From a virus (lineage: Duplodnaviria; Caudoviricetes): 27,304 nucleotides of DNA. Where the stretch lies: positions 1 to 27,304 of the IMG/VR virus record IMGVR_UViG_3300023292_000044; one strand, written 5' to 3'. The notes beneath the pieces were generated by a model, which searched no databases, was not told where the DNA came from, and saw nothing but the letters and a program-made list of their open reading frames with translations. Shown here piece by piece: positions 7,473 through 17,321 of the stretch (the stretch's first letter is position 1; every line of letters begins with the position of its first letter). The translations under genes were made by a program, and so were the position numbers.

Positions 7473-8168
7473 ATGTCTACTAGCTCACAAAATTGGCGAT
7501 CAGTAACACAATATACTAATGAATATCTTGATTTAGTATATAGGTATTATGCTGAAGCTGGAATATCGTATATATGTACATATTACAATTTGAATCTTGC
7601 TGGTAGTGTGATCGATGATCATACTCTTGATGCTGGTAGCTATGAACAGCTTGGTGAACTATCGGGTTTGTTATGGAACCGAGTGATGCTATTTCCAGTA
7701 TATAATACAGAGACAATTCAAAACACATTCATATCAGACGAAAGAGGTATGGGGAAATTTGACCAGATAAGTAGTTTCAATTTTCCAACAATATATGGTC
7801 TAAAACCAAACATACATGATTATGTAATTTTTGAAGATGTCAAACTTGATGAAGAACCATCACAACATTATAGACAGCAAAGTATAACTGACCATTATAA
7901 AGAATCCAAGAAACCAGTATACGAAGTCATACATTTTGAAAAGGCTACAAATACAGATCAAACATTTTGGAAGACCAATCTAAAGATTGACCAAATAACC
8001 AAACCTCAAATAGACTTACAACTAAGTGGGGATTATACATACTTCGATATGGAAAAACATATTTATAACACGGATGAGACATCAACCATGTATAAGATGT
8101 TAGAGAAGAATCGATTGATTGAAGCTAATAAATTCTTTAAGCAGAATTGTGGGTTTTACTTTGTATAA
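7473..8168 (+). CDS. Putative virion structural protein (possibly neck/head-closure-like)
   Basis: 231-aa ORF tightly packed between the gp25- and gp6-like genes. The YY...D..Y.....W....PV...KP..HDY.IF...VYEV pattern is only loosely reminiscent of neck proteins. Confidence 0.4.
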   Translation: MSTSSQNWRSVTQYTNEYLDLVYRYYAEAGISYICTYYNLNLAGSVIDDHTLDAGSYEQLGELSGLLWNRVMLFPVYNTETIQNTFISDERGMGKFDQISSFNFPTIYGLKPNIHDYVIFEDVKLDEEPSQHYRQQSITDHYKESKKPVYEVIHFEKATNTDQTFWKTNLKIDQITKPQIDLQLSGDYTYFDMEKHIYNTDETSTMYKMLEKNRLIEANKFFKQNCGFYFV

Positions 8169-8178
8169 AGGTTTTTGG

Positions 8179-8192
8179 GAACAAAATTAAAA
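8179..8192 (+). promoter_or_regulatory. Putative late promoter motif GAACAAAATTAAAA
   Basis: In the 38-nt intergenic gap before ATG 8207. Confidence 0.5.
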
Positions 8193-8206
8193 GGAAAATA
8201 TAACCC

Positions 8207-11200
8207 ATGTCGGAACAAATTGATAGTTATAACAAGATTTTACAAAATACTGTAGATATCTATAGTTCTCGAGAAGAGATTCGAAGTCAGCTTACCACGT
8301 TTGCTCAAGAATATCTCGAACTAAGAACTGTAGATTTGTATAAGACTAGTTTCTTATCCTATATTATAGACATTCTATCTATCTTGACAGCTAATCAAAT
8401 GTTTTATAGTTCCACTATCTACAGAGAATTTTTCATAGTCACTGCTCAATTTAGGGAGTCAGTATTAAATCTTTCGAAGTGGATTGGTTATATACCAGAT
8501 AAAGCTATACCATCTACAGCAGATGTACAATTCACAATCCCACTAACTTTTTCTGCACCAGGTGTATCTTTTGCAATCCCATCAGATTTTGTTGTTAAAG
8601 CGGGAGATATAAAATTCCTGGTAGATTCTAATCCATCATCAACAATTGGGGCTGAATTCAAAAGAAATGTAGATCCAGAAGATCCAACAAAACCAAAAGA
8701 TATATCTTCAACAGCTGTAGCGAATACCACTGTAGAAATCATCAATAATAATGCAATCACAGTAAGAGATAGTAATGGATTCAATAGACCAGTTTCTATA
8801 GATTATACAAACAACACTGCATCTTTCGTTCTCCCATTTACTCAACATACAACAATAGTTAAACAATTCCTAATTCCTGACAGTCTAGAATTTTATCAAT
8901 TTTATTCAACCCACTTAAAGTTTGATGGCATGTATTCTGATATCGAGGTATATGTTAGAGAACCTATTGGAGGGGAACAGTTAGCAATTGAAGACGAAGA
9001 TAAGTATATAATCGTAGCTAATGAAAACCAAATATCATCTCAAGATTATAGCTTATATGGGTATAAAGAATCTCATAAATGGGCAGAATCAGAATCAGGA
9101 CTTTATACATTAACATCAACATCTAAAGAATATGTATGGGGCGCCACAGAAGATGAAGGAGATTTACTTTTCGGTAATGGTGTATTAGGTAGACAACCTT
9201 CTGCTGGTTCAAAGGTACTTGTTGTTCTCCATATAACACAAGGCGAAGATGGTCAAGTAATACCTGGTACAATAAACACAGGAAGTTCTCTTTACTATTT
9301 AGCAGCATCTAGTAGTGGGGCATTAACTTCGCCGACAACAAATCTTCTCAGAATATCATATAGTGTTTCTAATGCTTACCCATCAAGTGGTGGAGTTAAT
9401 ACCCCAACTCTTGCTGAGATTAAACATAGAGCAATCGTGAATCTTAGAGCAAAGAAACGTTTAGTATCGAGTGGTGATTACGATGATATAAATGAGATTA
9501 TGGGATCAAACTTTCCAGTTATTGAATCTCAACCAATCCTCAAACGAAGTGATATTAAGGTCAATGAGATCATGGCATTCATGAGATTAATTTATCATGA
9601 CTCAGATAATATGCCAGAAATTGTACCAACAAGAAATGCAAATATAGAAATATTAGATCCGACGTTTGTAGACTCTAAACATACAGTGAACAGAAAAGAA
9701 TCCGTTACAATTGATGGATTCCAATATGAATCTATGTTCAATATCACGATTAATCAAAAGACCAAAGTCGCATATTATGATTATGTTTTGTCTAACCTAT
9801 TTGATACCCCTGCCCAATTAAGCCCATCCCAACCATTTTATGATAATCAGCAATATATTGGACAATCATATATCCCGTTAACGACAATTGATTTCACAAT
9901 AGATACTGAAGCAGTGTATGATGACACATCATCTTCAAGTGGATCAGAAGTGGTAGATACCGGCAAATTCCCTTTAATAATTACTACCCATGTAAACCAT
10001 ATACCTAGTACAGAAATTCGACTATTTAGAATGAAGATTAAAACTAAGTGGGGAAACCTGGATGAGTATGTAACAGAGACTGAAGTCGTTCCTGATTATG
10101 ATACTGATTATGAATTAGATTCTGGCGTCTTTACCAATAGATATAAAACATTCACATTAACACTACCAGATTATCGAGATGTACCAGCTGGAACCCAAAG
10201 AATAGAATATACAACTATGGGTTACGTTGTCGATACAGGTTGGGTAGAACTTCAAAAATATTATACAGATACAATAATCCGTCAAGATCTAAGTGATGTT
10301 ATGATAAGTACAGTTACATCAACTAGAATGTGGGACGGGGTATGTCATGATGATGCTATGTGGACAATTCACAATGTTCCTGTAATATTTTCTGATTATC
10401 TAGATGATGGTGCAGGGGGTGGTGTATACAATACTGCATCACAAAGAAACTTTGAATTAGCTGTTATTCAGAACCTAATCAACAATCTAGATATGAATGA
10501 TAAGAGAATGTTGACTGATTTCATTAATGTCAAATTCCCAGATACACATGGTATTCTTTATAATCTAAAATATAATCCAGTTGACCATATTGTATCTAGT
10601 AGATATATAACTCCGTTTAATGATACCGCACCTGATGGATTTTCATCAAGTAGTAGCAGCAGTATAGAAGCAGGTACAAAATTTATTGTCAATGGTCCAG
10701 TTCCTGGTTATGAAGATATTGATCTAACCACATACATAAACCACATTGCTGAACTTAAAGCTGATGGTGGATGGTTAATACATGTACCAGAAAACGAAGA
10801 TTATATTCGTGTAGAAGATGAATACGATTCTCAACATGATCAAAAGATATATGCATTTAGTGGTGCTAGATGGGTGGATGTTCAAATATTCACTATACCT
10901 ATAGATATCAGTGCCAAAATCAGAGTATCAAGTAATGCAAATGTTAGTTATTCAGGTCTGGTTCAAGAGATCAAAGAACTTTTGATCGAGAAGTTTACCC
11001 CAAAGATGGGTATGAATAGACCATTGGATAGATCAGAGATTATTAAGGTAATCCGGGATGTTGATTATGTAACATTCTGTGATCTATTAACTCCAGAAAT
11101 CAATATCAGATTTGATTATGATATTGAAGATCTATCTCAAAAACAACTTTTAGATTACACTCCCCAATATGTAGGATTCAGTGAAGGTTCGATTGATATC

Positions 11201-11218
11201 GAGATCCTAGGAACATAA
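8207..11218 (+). CDS. Baseplate wedge protein, T4 gp6/baseplate J-like, 1003 aa
   Basis: IIDILS......FY.....RE.F..TAQ.RESV..LSK.IGY.P....PSTA at the N terminus, then LLFGNGVLGRQP, V.LHITQGEDG and SSGGVNTPTLAEIK..A......KRLVSSGDY. C-terminal LDRSEII..IRDVDYV. Confidence 0.9.
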   Translation: MSEQIDSYNKILQNTVDIYSSREEIRSQLTTFAQEYLELRTVDLYKTSFLSYIIDILSILTANQMFYSSTIYREFFIVTAQFRESVLNLSKWIGYIPDKAIPSTADVQFTIPLTFSAPGVSFAIPSDFVVKAGDIKFLVDSNPSSTIGAEFKRNVDPEDPTKPKDISSTAVANTTVEIINNNAITVRDSNGFNRPVSIDYTNNTASFVLPFTQHTTIVKQFLIPDSLEFYQFYSTHLKFDGMYSDIEVYVREPIGGEQLAIEDEDKYIIVANENQISSQDYSLYGYKESHKWAESESGLYTLTSTSKEYVWGATEDEGDLLFGNGVLGRQPSAGSKVLVVLHITQGEDGQVIPGTINTGSSLYYLAASSSGALTSPTTNLLRISYSVSNAYPSSGGVNTPTLAEIKHRAIVNLRAKKRLVSSGDYDDINEIMGSNFPVIESQPILKRSDIKVNEIMAFMRLIYHDSDNMPEIVPTRNANIEILDPTFVDSKHTVNRKESVTIDGFQYESMFNITINQKTKVAYYDYVLSNLFDTPAQLSPSQPFYDNQQYIGQSYIPLTTIDFTIDTEAVYDDTSSSSGSEVVDTGKFPLIITTHVNHIPSTEIRLFRMKIKTKWGNLDEYVTETEVVPDYDTDYELDSGVFTNRYKTFTLTLPDYRDVPAGTQRIEYTTMGYVVDTGWVELQKYYTDTIIRQDLSDVMISTVTSTRMWDGVCHDDAMWTIHNVPVIFSDYLDDGAGGGVYNTASQRNFELAVIQNLINNLDMNDKRMLTDFINVKFPDTHGILYNLKYNPVDHIVSSRYITPFNDTAPDGFSSSSSSSIEAGTKFIVNGPVPGYEDIDLTTYINHIAELKADGGWLIHVPENEDYIRVEDEYDSQHDQKIYAFSGARWVDVQIFTIPIDISAKIRVSSNANVSYSGLVQEIKELLIEKFTPKMGMNRPLDRSEIIKVIRDVDYVTFCDLLTPEINIRFDYDIEDLSQKQLLDYTPQYVGFSEGSIDIEILGT

Positions 11219-11224
11219 TCAATT

Positions 11225-12328
11225 ATGAAAAAAATAATGGTACCAGGAAAAGATAAAGTTGTTTCAACTATTGATCCTCGAAAATTACATTCTTTTGTAT
11301 TAAAAAATGTTAGTCAAGAATTGGGCAATTTAGTCGAAGATTGTTACTATCCTAAGTTTTCTACCATTTATAAAGAACTACTTCACCTTACAAATAGTAC
11401 CGAAAAAAACCTCGTTTTATATTCTAAAAAGAAGTATGGTAATCCTAAATTCCACTTACTCCATGATCCCAAGACAACTTTATTGATTCTTATCATTCAG
11501 GAGTTTTTAGATGCAAATGATGTAACAGCTGCATTGTCAGTGTATCATCTATTGTCACTGAGAACATACTCAAATGTGATGCATAAGTTTATCAAGTATT
11601 GCAATCCTGATCATTTCAGAATGGCACTTAGTAAGTTATCACATAATCATCTATTCGTATCCAAGAAAACAATTGGTACTAGTATAATGTATCTATCGAA
11701 TACAATGTTCAAGAAGCACAAAGACTCCCTGGTTAATGATGACCCAGAAAATATCCAGAAAATGATAATGGAAATAAGACATAGATTTAATCAATCAATC
11801 AGATCGTTTGCCCAAAAATATTATGAAAGTCATAAAGCTGGACTGAAATCTAAAAGTGAAGATGAGAAAGAATATGATCCAGGACTAGAAAGAAACATTA
11901 GGGATATTGTTAGTAAGATTACTGGTAACATAACCACTTATAAAAATATCGATAAGAAAGCTATAGATGAAGCTCAGAAATTGACTAAGTTTAATCGAAA
12001 ATTATCAGCTGCATATGTATCAGCATTGTCGACAACAAAATATTCAGGAGATATAGGGACAGCACTATATCTATTATTACGGGACATAAAAGACTTTGAT
12101 CAAATTGATACCGTAAAATTCTTGGATTATGTAAAAAGACTAATGTCTATAAAAGTAAGTAAACAACCTATGTATTTCAAGAAAACTATTTCAGGAATAC
12201 ATTCTGAGATTTTGAAAGATCTCGAACTAGAAGATTGGCACTCTAAATTATCAATTCAGAGTAAAGCAATCTCAAGGAATTTTATCGCCTATTATCTGGC
12301 GTTCTATGTACGAAACTATATATCCTAG
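11225..12328 (+). CDS. Basic helical protein; candidate sigma-like promoter-specificity subunit of a phage non-virion RNA polymerase (AR9 gp226/phiKZ gp68-like)
   Basis: Lys-rich and helical. The segment YSNVMHKFIKYCNPDHFRMALSKLSHNHLF...IMEIRHRFNQSIRSFAQKYYESHKAG resembles, from memory, the conserved core of that family. Not verified by alignment. Confidence 0.45.
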   Translation: MKKIMVPGKDKVVSTIDPRKLHSFVLKNVSQELGNLVEDCYYPKFSTIYKELLHLTNSTEKNLVLYSKKKYGNPKFHLLHDPKTTLLILIIQEFLDANDVTAALSVYHLLSLRTYSNVMHKFIKYCNPDHFRMALSKLSHNHLFVSKKTIGTSIMYLSNTMFKKHKDSLVNDDPENIQKMIMEIRHRFNQSIRSFAQKYYESHKAGLKSKSEDEKEYDPGLERNIRDIVSKITGNITTYKNIDKKAIDEAQKLTKFNRKLSAAYVSALSTTKYSGDIGTALYLLLRDIKDFDQIDTVKFLDYVKRLMSIKVSKQPMYFKKTISGIHSEILKDLELEDWHSKLSIQSKAISRNFIAYYLAFYVRNYIS

Positions 12329-12329
12329 A

Positions 12330-13469
12330 TTAGAAATATGGTTCAGCGATACCATTCAAAACATCATTCAAAGCCCGATTCGCTGTTTCTGCTGTACGGT
12401 TTGGTCGTTGACCAGATCTTGTTCTAATATTTGGTATAGCAGAATTTACACGAGCGGCACCACCAGCAGCAGTTGTGCAACATGTAGTACTATGTTCCGT
12501 CCGCATAGTTTCTACCATACGAGCAACTGTTGGAGCATGACTTGCCAATTCAGAACTAACCATTGTATTATATAGATCACCTATTGATAATTTGATATCT
12601 ACGATACCTGGTCGATTGTTCCACGCTTGATCATTTGCATCTCCGCCTTTAACTACGGACATAGATTTAATATATCCAGCATCAATTTGGAATTGACCAG
12701 GAGCTTGGAATTTGGCAATTAACGGCCACTTATAAGTATTCCCGTCTTCACTAGTCGGTACAACCATTGCTAATAAAGCAACCATTGGACCTATAATCCA
12801 TTTATCATGAGCATCATCATCGCCTGGAAACATATTATACAACCGAACTGTGATATCATAAGATCTATCAAAACTAGTAGATTTCCAAATCATCGGGAAA
12901 TTTAATTTTCCACCGGTAGCCAATTCTTTTCCTAAGGAGATTAACGTATTTGTACGTTGTTTACCTATAAGATTATTCGACTGCGCTTTCATCGCTTCCC
13001 CAGCTTTTGTAGCTGCAGCAACTATAGGCCCAGTGGTAGAATTGGTTTTCAAAGCTTTAGCTATATCACCCAAACTACCTTGAGCGACCCAAGCCATTTC
13101 TCGGCCACCCGCTGATAGAGGAGAAGACATTGCTGTTACAAGTGAACTTTGACTAAAATCATTACCATAAGATTCTGAGAATGGTGAGATATTTTGATAA
13201 CTAAGATCAATAAAATTATTCCACCCCAGTCCAGGAGTGAATCCACCATTAATAGTTAAAAATTCTGTAAATTTAGTCCATCCTTCATTAGTATCTAATG
13301 AGAACAATTCTAGACCATTTTCAAATTTCGGAGTAGCTGGATAAATTCTTAACCTAGGAAATACACATGGTGTAAAGTTCAAATTTTTCTTGCAATCTGG
13401 TGCGGTTATGAATGCCGGGATATCTGCATTATCCATTGGCGGTAAACCTATCACTGTCGGTAATTGCAT
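12330..13469 (-). CDS. Baseplate/tail tube initiator-like protein (gp48/gp54-type fold)
   Basis: Immediately downstream of the tape measure gene (1-nt gap). FPMIWKSTSFDRSYDITVRLY...P....YKWPLIAKF..PG......GYIKSMSV.KG.....WNNRP..VDIKLSIGDLY is a tube-fold pattern. Confidence 0.6.
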   Translation of the reverse strand: MQLPTVIGLPPMDNADIPAFITAPDCKKNLNFTPCVFPRLRIYPATPKFENGLELFSLDTNEGWTKFTEFLTINGGFTPGLGWNNFIDLSYQNISPFSESYGNDFSQSSLVTAMSSPLSAGGREMAWVAQGSLGDIAKALKTNSTTGPIVAAATKAGEAMKAQSNNLIGKQRTNTLISLGKELATGGKLNFPMIWKSTSFDRSYDITVRLYNMFPGDDDAHDKWIIGPMVALLAMVVPTSEDGNTYKWPLIAKFQAPGQFQIDAGYIKSMSVVKGGDANDQAWNNRPGIVDIKLSIGDLYNTMVSSELASHAPTVARMVETMRTEHSTTCCTTAAGGAARVNSAIPNIRTRSGQRPNRTAETANRALNDVLNGIAEPYF

Positions 13470-13470
13470 A

Positions 13471-16400
13471 TTAAATATTTACTCCATCTAAAAATGGTAA
13501 TGGTCTCCATAATTTTTGTTTCATTTCTCCACCACCTCCACCACCTCCGCTATTCTGTACAGAGCTTGAAGATAATATTGTCTGATTATTAATAGCGGTA
13601 ACAACATTCTCACTACCAGTATCTGATGATTTCTCCATTGTCTTTCCGAGTTTCTTAATCGGTTTAGAAGAAGCGATAGCTGATGCCGTCTCATTAAAAA
13701 TTTTATTTTCTCTTACTTTATCAGTCAAATATGATTTTCCTGAAGCCCAGTTCAATTCCTTTAATTTTTGTTCCTTATCTTTTAGATTAAAATCTGGTAT
13801 TGATATACCGGAAACCAAACCCCCAATTCGACTAGTTCCCTTTGCCCAATTAACTTCTTTTAATTTACTAGTTGCAGATTTTTTAGTTTTGGAAAGTAGA
13901 ATAGTTGCTTCTTCTACCGATAACCCGACTTTCATTGGAGCCAATACGTCCTTACCGTAACGCCCAGCTAAAGCTTTCCATTTTTCTGCTACTGCTTGGC
14001 TAACGGCACCAGCTATACCACTAACAGTTTCGGTAAGATTTCCAGCAGCACCTTTAATTCTCCCAGTAACAGTTTTACTCTCTCTTTCTTTTTCTCTATA
14101 TTCTTTAGACATCTTACTAAGAATGGAATATTTATCTTCTGATGTTTTAGCCTTAGCCTCTTTGATCCTTTTCTTATAGTCTGCACCAAATCCATCATAT
14201 CTCTCACTAGCAGCTTCGAGTAGACCTTTACTAGTCCCTGCTGTAACCTTCTCTCGTTGCCGCTCGTTTGATTTAGCTTTAAGGGCTTGTACACCAATAT
14301 TTACCGCTGTACCAATAGATTTTCCACTATTAAGAGCCCCATATAAACCCCGTTTTAATAGTCCTTTCTCTCCTAATTCATTAGCAGTCTTTTCTGCATA
14401 TTCTTTACTAGCTAATGATCTAGCAAGACCAACAGCTTGCATTGCAACATCAGCAATAATCAATGCTTTACCGGCACCTTTTATCGCAGCAGTTTTTCCC
14501 AACTTAGCAGCTCCAGGTACAAACCTAGCTATTGAACCAACTTTCTTTAATACTTTGCTCTTAGTGCCTATACCAGCCAATAATTTACTATTTCCTAAAG
14601 CAGGAATACCTCTCCGTGTACCCTTAACAATACCCTTACCTGTCTGCCATACCTTTTTCAGTGTACCTGTTCTACCAAATGCCCGTGTCGCTCTCCCAGC
14701 ATCGTCTACTTTTGTACCAGCGCTGGATAATATTTTTCCAACCTTGCTAATTTTGCCTTGTTTAATAGCTATTTGTCTAGCCACATTTCCTGCAACTTTA
14801 ATAGTTTTTCCAGTAGCTTGTGTTGCTGCACCAGCAGTCTTAATTCCTAAATTCGCTACCTTATTTGCCTTACTTGCTACATATCCACCAGCAAGGGCAG
14901 TACCACCAATAGCTGCAACTTGTGCCTTACCTCCGTGTTCACCTTTGATAGCATCCCATAATTTCTTACCAACCCACTTAGCCGCACCCCCTGCCATTTT
15001 TCTTCCAGTTTCCGTACCAAGTGCAAGTATAGCAGCTATTAAAGCTAACCCTTTTGGGCTCCTCAAGAAATCTAACATACCAACCATACCACGACCAGCA
15101 GCAGCTATCCCCTTACTACCACGAGATTTGGCTTTATCCCATCTAGCTTTTCCAGCATCTTTCTTAGCTTGCTTTGCTTTAGCAGCAGCAGATCTCTTAT
15201 TCTCTCTTATGGTATCTTTATCATCTTCATTCTCTTTCCATGAAAATAAACTTTTTCTTTGTTTTTGAGATTCATTTGATTCATCAATCCACGAACTCTG
15301 AACATCTATAATCTTACCTTGAGACGAATTAATCCCCCCAGTATTCTGTCTAATCTTTTCTTGGATTTTAATCTGAACATTAGCCGCACGTAGAAGATCT
15401 CTTAATATTGTTTGATTCTTAAATTCTAATTTTTCAGCAGCAGTACTTGGTAAACCTAATGCCTTAGCTCTAGCATTTTCACCAACCTTCTTTTGACGAG
15501 CACCTTCTCTTAGTTGAGATCTTTTAAATGCATTATTCTTATCAGTACCAGTCCAACTATGATCTTGGAGAGTTTTATATTGTCGTTTAATTTTTTCGAT
15601 TATGACGCCTTGGACGCCTTCTTTACTTTGCTTAACTCCACCAGCAAGACGAATTAATTCATTTTGTTGTTTCTGAGTTAATTCACCATATATCCTCTGC
15701 CATCTATAAATTGCAAATAAAGCAGCTGCTGTTTGAGCTTGTGGTGTTTTCTGTTTAGGAATATCAGTTAAATACTTACCTTTGAACAAGGTAGTCATAT
15801 TCATACCAGCCCAGAATTCAGAATCTTTACCTTTACTGGAGAGAATTCCCTTAGTTATGAAATTACCAACCGCAGTAATACTCTTCGTTGTTTTAGAAGT
15901 TATACCAACTAATTGTTTAGTTGTCCACTTCGAAAGATTATAAAATCCTTCTAATGCAGGATGAGATACTAATATTTTACTTACACCTTTATCGATACGA
16001 GTAGCCATTCCAAGCTTTAAAGTGCCTTTTTCAGTAAGCCGAATAAGTTGATTAAGACGCTCAATCATCTGTCCACCTTCTGTAGCGGCAAATGATTCAT
16101 CTGTTCTAGATATAAAAGCTCTGAATGCTTTACGAGGTAACGATGATTGTGCGAATGATTTACGAGTAGCAATATTATCTAATTGATTCTGTTTGATAAT
16201 TTTGTCATCTTTATTATCATTCTTGAATCCCTTTATCATATCTCGCAAAGAATTCGATTGAGCATTAATCGAGTGTTCTATAGATAATGCACCAAACCGT
16301 TCACTACCCTTACTAGTTTTAGTATCTACAGATTCAGTAGCTAAGGCAATCCTCTTCAATAATGAAGTCTGTACATCAACAACTTTTCCAGGTATAATCT

Positions 16401-17307
16401 TCTCATCTCTATGAATAACTGCAGCGCCAGATTTTTTAACAAGTCCACCAGTAGCTGCATGTGGTAAACCAATCGAAGAAATAGATTTTCCAGATAATGC
16501 TTCTGTTGCTTTTGCAATAATTGTAATATTACTTAGACGTAGACGGTCAATAGCACTAACCGTGTCAGCAGATGGTTGTTTTGGATTCCCTAATAAAAGT
16601 GAACCAGTTTCAAATGATTTAACTGCACCTGATCTTTTTTTATGGGTTCCTCCAACATCAGAACGCACTTTTCGGCGAGTAACATTAGTTGCAGTTTCTG
16701 TAATGCTGGTTGATTTATTATGAGTCTTACCAAAATCGGATCGTCTTTTATCATCGTCTTTAACTAAATCATCTTTAGCCTTTTCAAACGCATCACCAGA
16801 TGACCTTTTAAATTTATCAAACATTCCACTGAAGCCAGATTTTCCAGCTTGGAACATTTTACCAGCACTATCTTTAAGTGCATCTCTATTCGCATCTATT
16901 GTTCTATCAACTATACCACCAACAATCGGATTGATAGTACTAGCCAATCCTCCAATAAACGTCGATTTATCAATATCAATATCTTTTCGAATAGTTTCTA
17001 CTGTTGCTGCTGCTGGTTTAGCTACCATTTTAGCTGCACCAACTGCTGCTCGTCCAGTTCCTTTAGCTGCTGCAACAGACATAGCCGCAGTATTCTGTAC
17101 TAACGAATTAGATAGATGTCTAAGGGACGCCAACAAATTTCTAGTATCTGGTCCTGCTGGCCCACGTGGAGCAGGAATTATTTCTGGTGACGATGAATGT
17201 TGTGAATCAATATTACCAGATAGATCTTGGATAGAACGATTAATCTTTTCACCACTCGATTGTGACATCGGTGGTTCTATAGGTGGTTCTGGAGGTCTAT
17301 TTGGCAT
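13471..17307 (-). CDS. Tape measure protein (1278 aa)
   Basis: Long, Ala/Gly/Lys-rich and helical, with the LPHAATGGLV..SG.AVIH.DEKIIP motif typical of tape measures, a hydrophobic GLALIAAILALG segment, and a C-terminal low-complexity NVVTAINNQT..SSSS..GGGGGGG tail. Confidence 0.8.
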   Translation of the reverse strand: MPNRPPEPPIEPPMSQSSGEKINRSIQDLSGNIDSQHSSSPEIIPAPRGPAGPDTRNLLASLRHLSNSLVQNTAAMSVAAAKGTGRAAVGAAKMVAKPAAATVETIRKDIDIDKSTFIGGLASTINPIVGGIVDRTIDANRDALKDSAGKMFQAGKSGFSGMFDKFKRSSGDAFEKAKDDLVKDDDKRRSDFGKTHNKSTSITETATNVTRRKVRSDVGGTHKKRSGAVKSFETGSLLLGNPKQPSADTVSAIDRLRLSNITIIAKATEALSGKSISSIGLPHAATGGLVKKSGAAVIHRDEKIIPGKVVDVQTSLLKRIALATESVDTKTSKGSERFGALSIEHSINAQSNSLRDMIKGFKNDNKDDKIIKQNQLDNIATRKSFAQSSLPRKAFRAFISRTDESFAATEGGQMIERLNQLIRLTEKGTLKLGMATRIDKGVSKILVSHPALEGFYNLSKWTTKQLVGITSKTTKSITAVGNFITKGILSSKGKDSEFWAGMNMTTLFKGKYLTDIPKQKTPQAQTAAALFAIYRWQRIYGELTQKQQNELIRLAGGVKQSKEGVQGVIIEKIKRQYKTLQDHSWTGTDKNNAFKRSQLREGARQKKVGENARAKALGLPSTAAEKLEFKNQTILRDLLRAANVQIKIQEKIRQNTGGINSSQGKIIDVQSSWIDESNESQKQRKSLFSWKENEDDKDTIRENKRSAAAKAKQAKKDAGKARWDKAKSRGSKGIAAAGRGMVGMLDFLRSPKGLALIAAILALGTETGRKMAGGAAKWVGKKLWDAIKGEHGGKAQVAAIGGTALAGGYVASKANKVANLGIKTAGAATQATGKTIKVAGNVARQIAIKQGKISKVGKILSSAGTKVDDAGRATRAFGRTGTLKKVWQTGKGIVKGTRRGIPALGNSKLLAGIGTKSKVLKKVGSIARFVPGAAKLGKTAAIKGAGKALIIADVAMQAVGLARSLASKEYAEKTANELGEKGLLKRGLYGALNSGKSIGTAVNIGVQALKAKSNERQREKVTAGTSKGLLEAASERYDGFGADYKKRIKEAKAKTSEDKYSILSKMSKEYREKERESKTVTGRIKGAAGNLTETVSGIAGAVSQAVAEKWKALAGRYGKDVLAPMKVGLSVEEATILLSKTKKSATSKLKEVNWAKGTSRIGGLVSGISIPDFNLKDKEQKLKELNWASGKSYLTDKVRENKIFNETASAIASSKPIKKLGKTMEKSSDTGSENVVTAINNQTILSSSSVQNSGGGGGGGEMKQKLWRPLPFLDGVNI

Positions 17308-17321
17308 AATTCAAATCTCTC

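Noticed and set aside
2971-11218. Bacterial eCIS/T6SS/tailocin locus
   Set aside because: The linked terminase, DNA ligase and homing-type endonuclease indicate a genuine phage genome.
14555-15268. 237-aa plus-strand ORF (also 16849..17103 and 16931..17335)
   Set aside because: These are antisense shadows of the Ala/Gly/Lys-rich tape measure gene, with no SD or domain signal.
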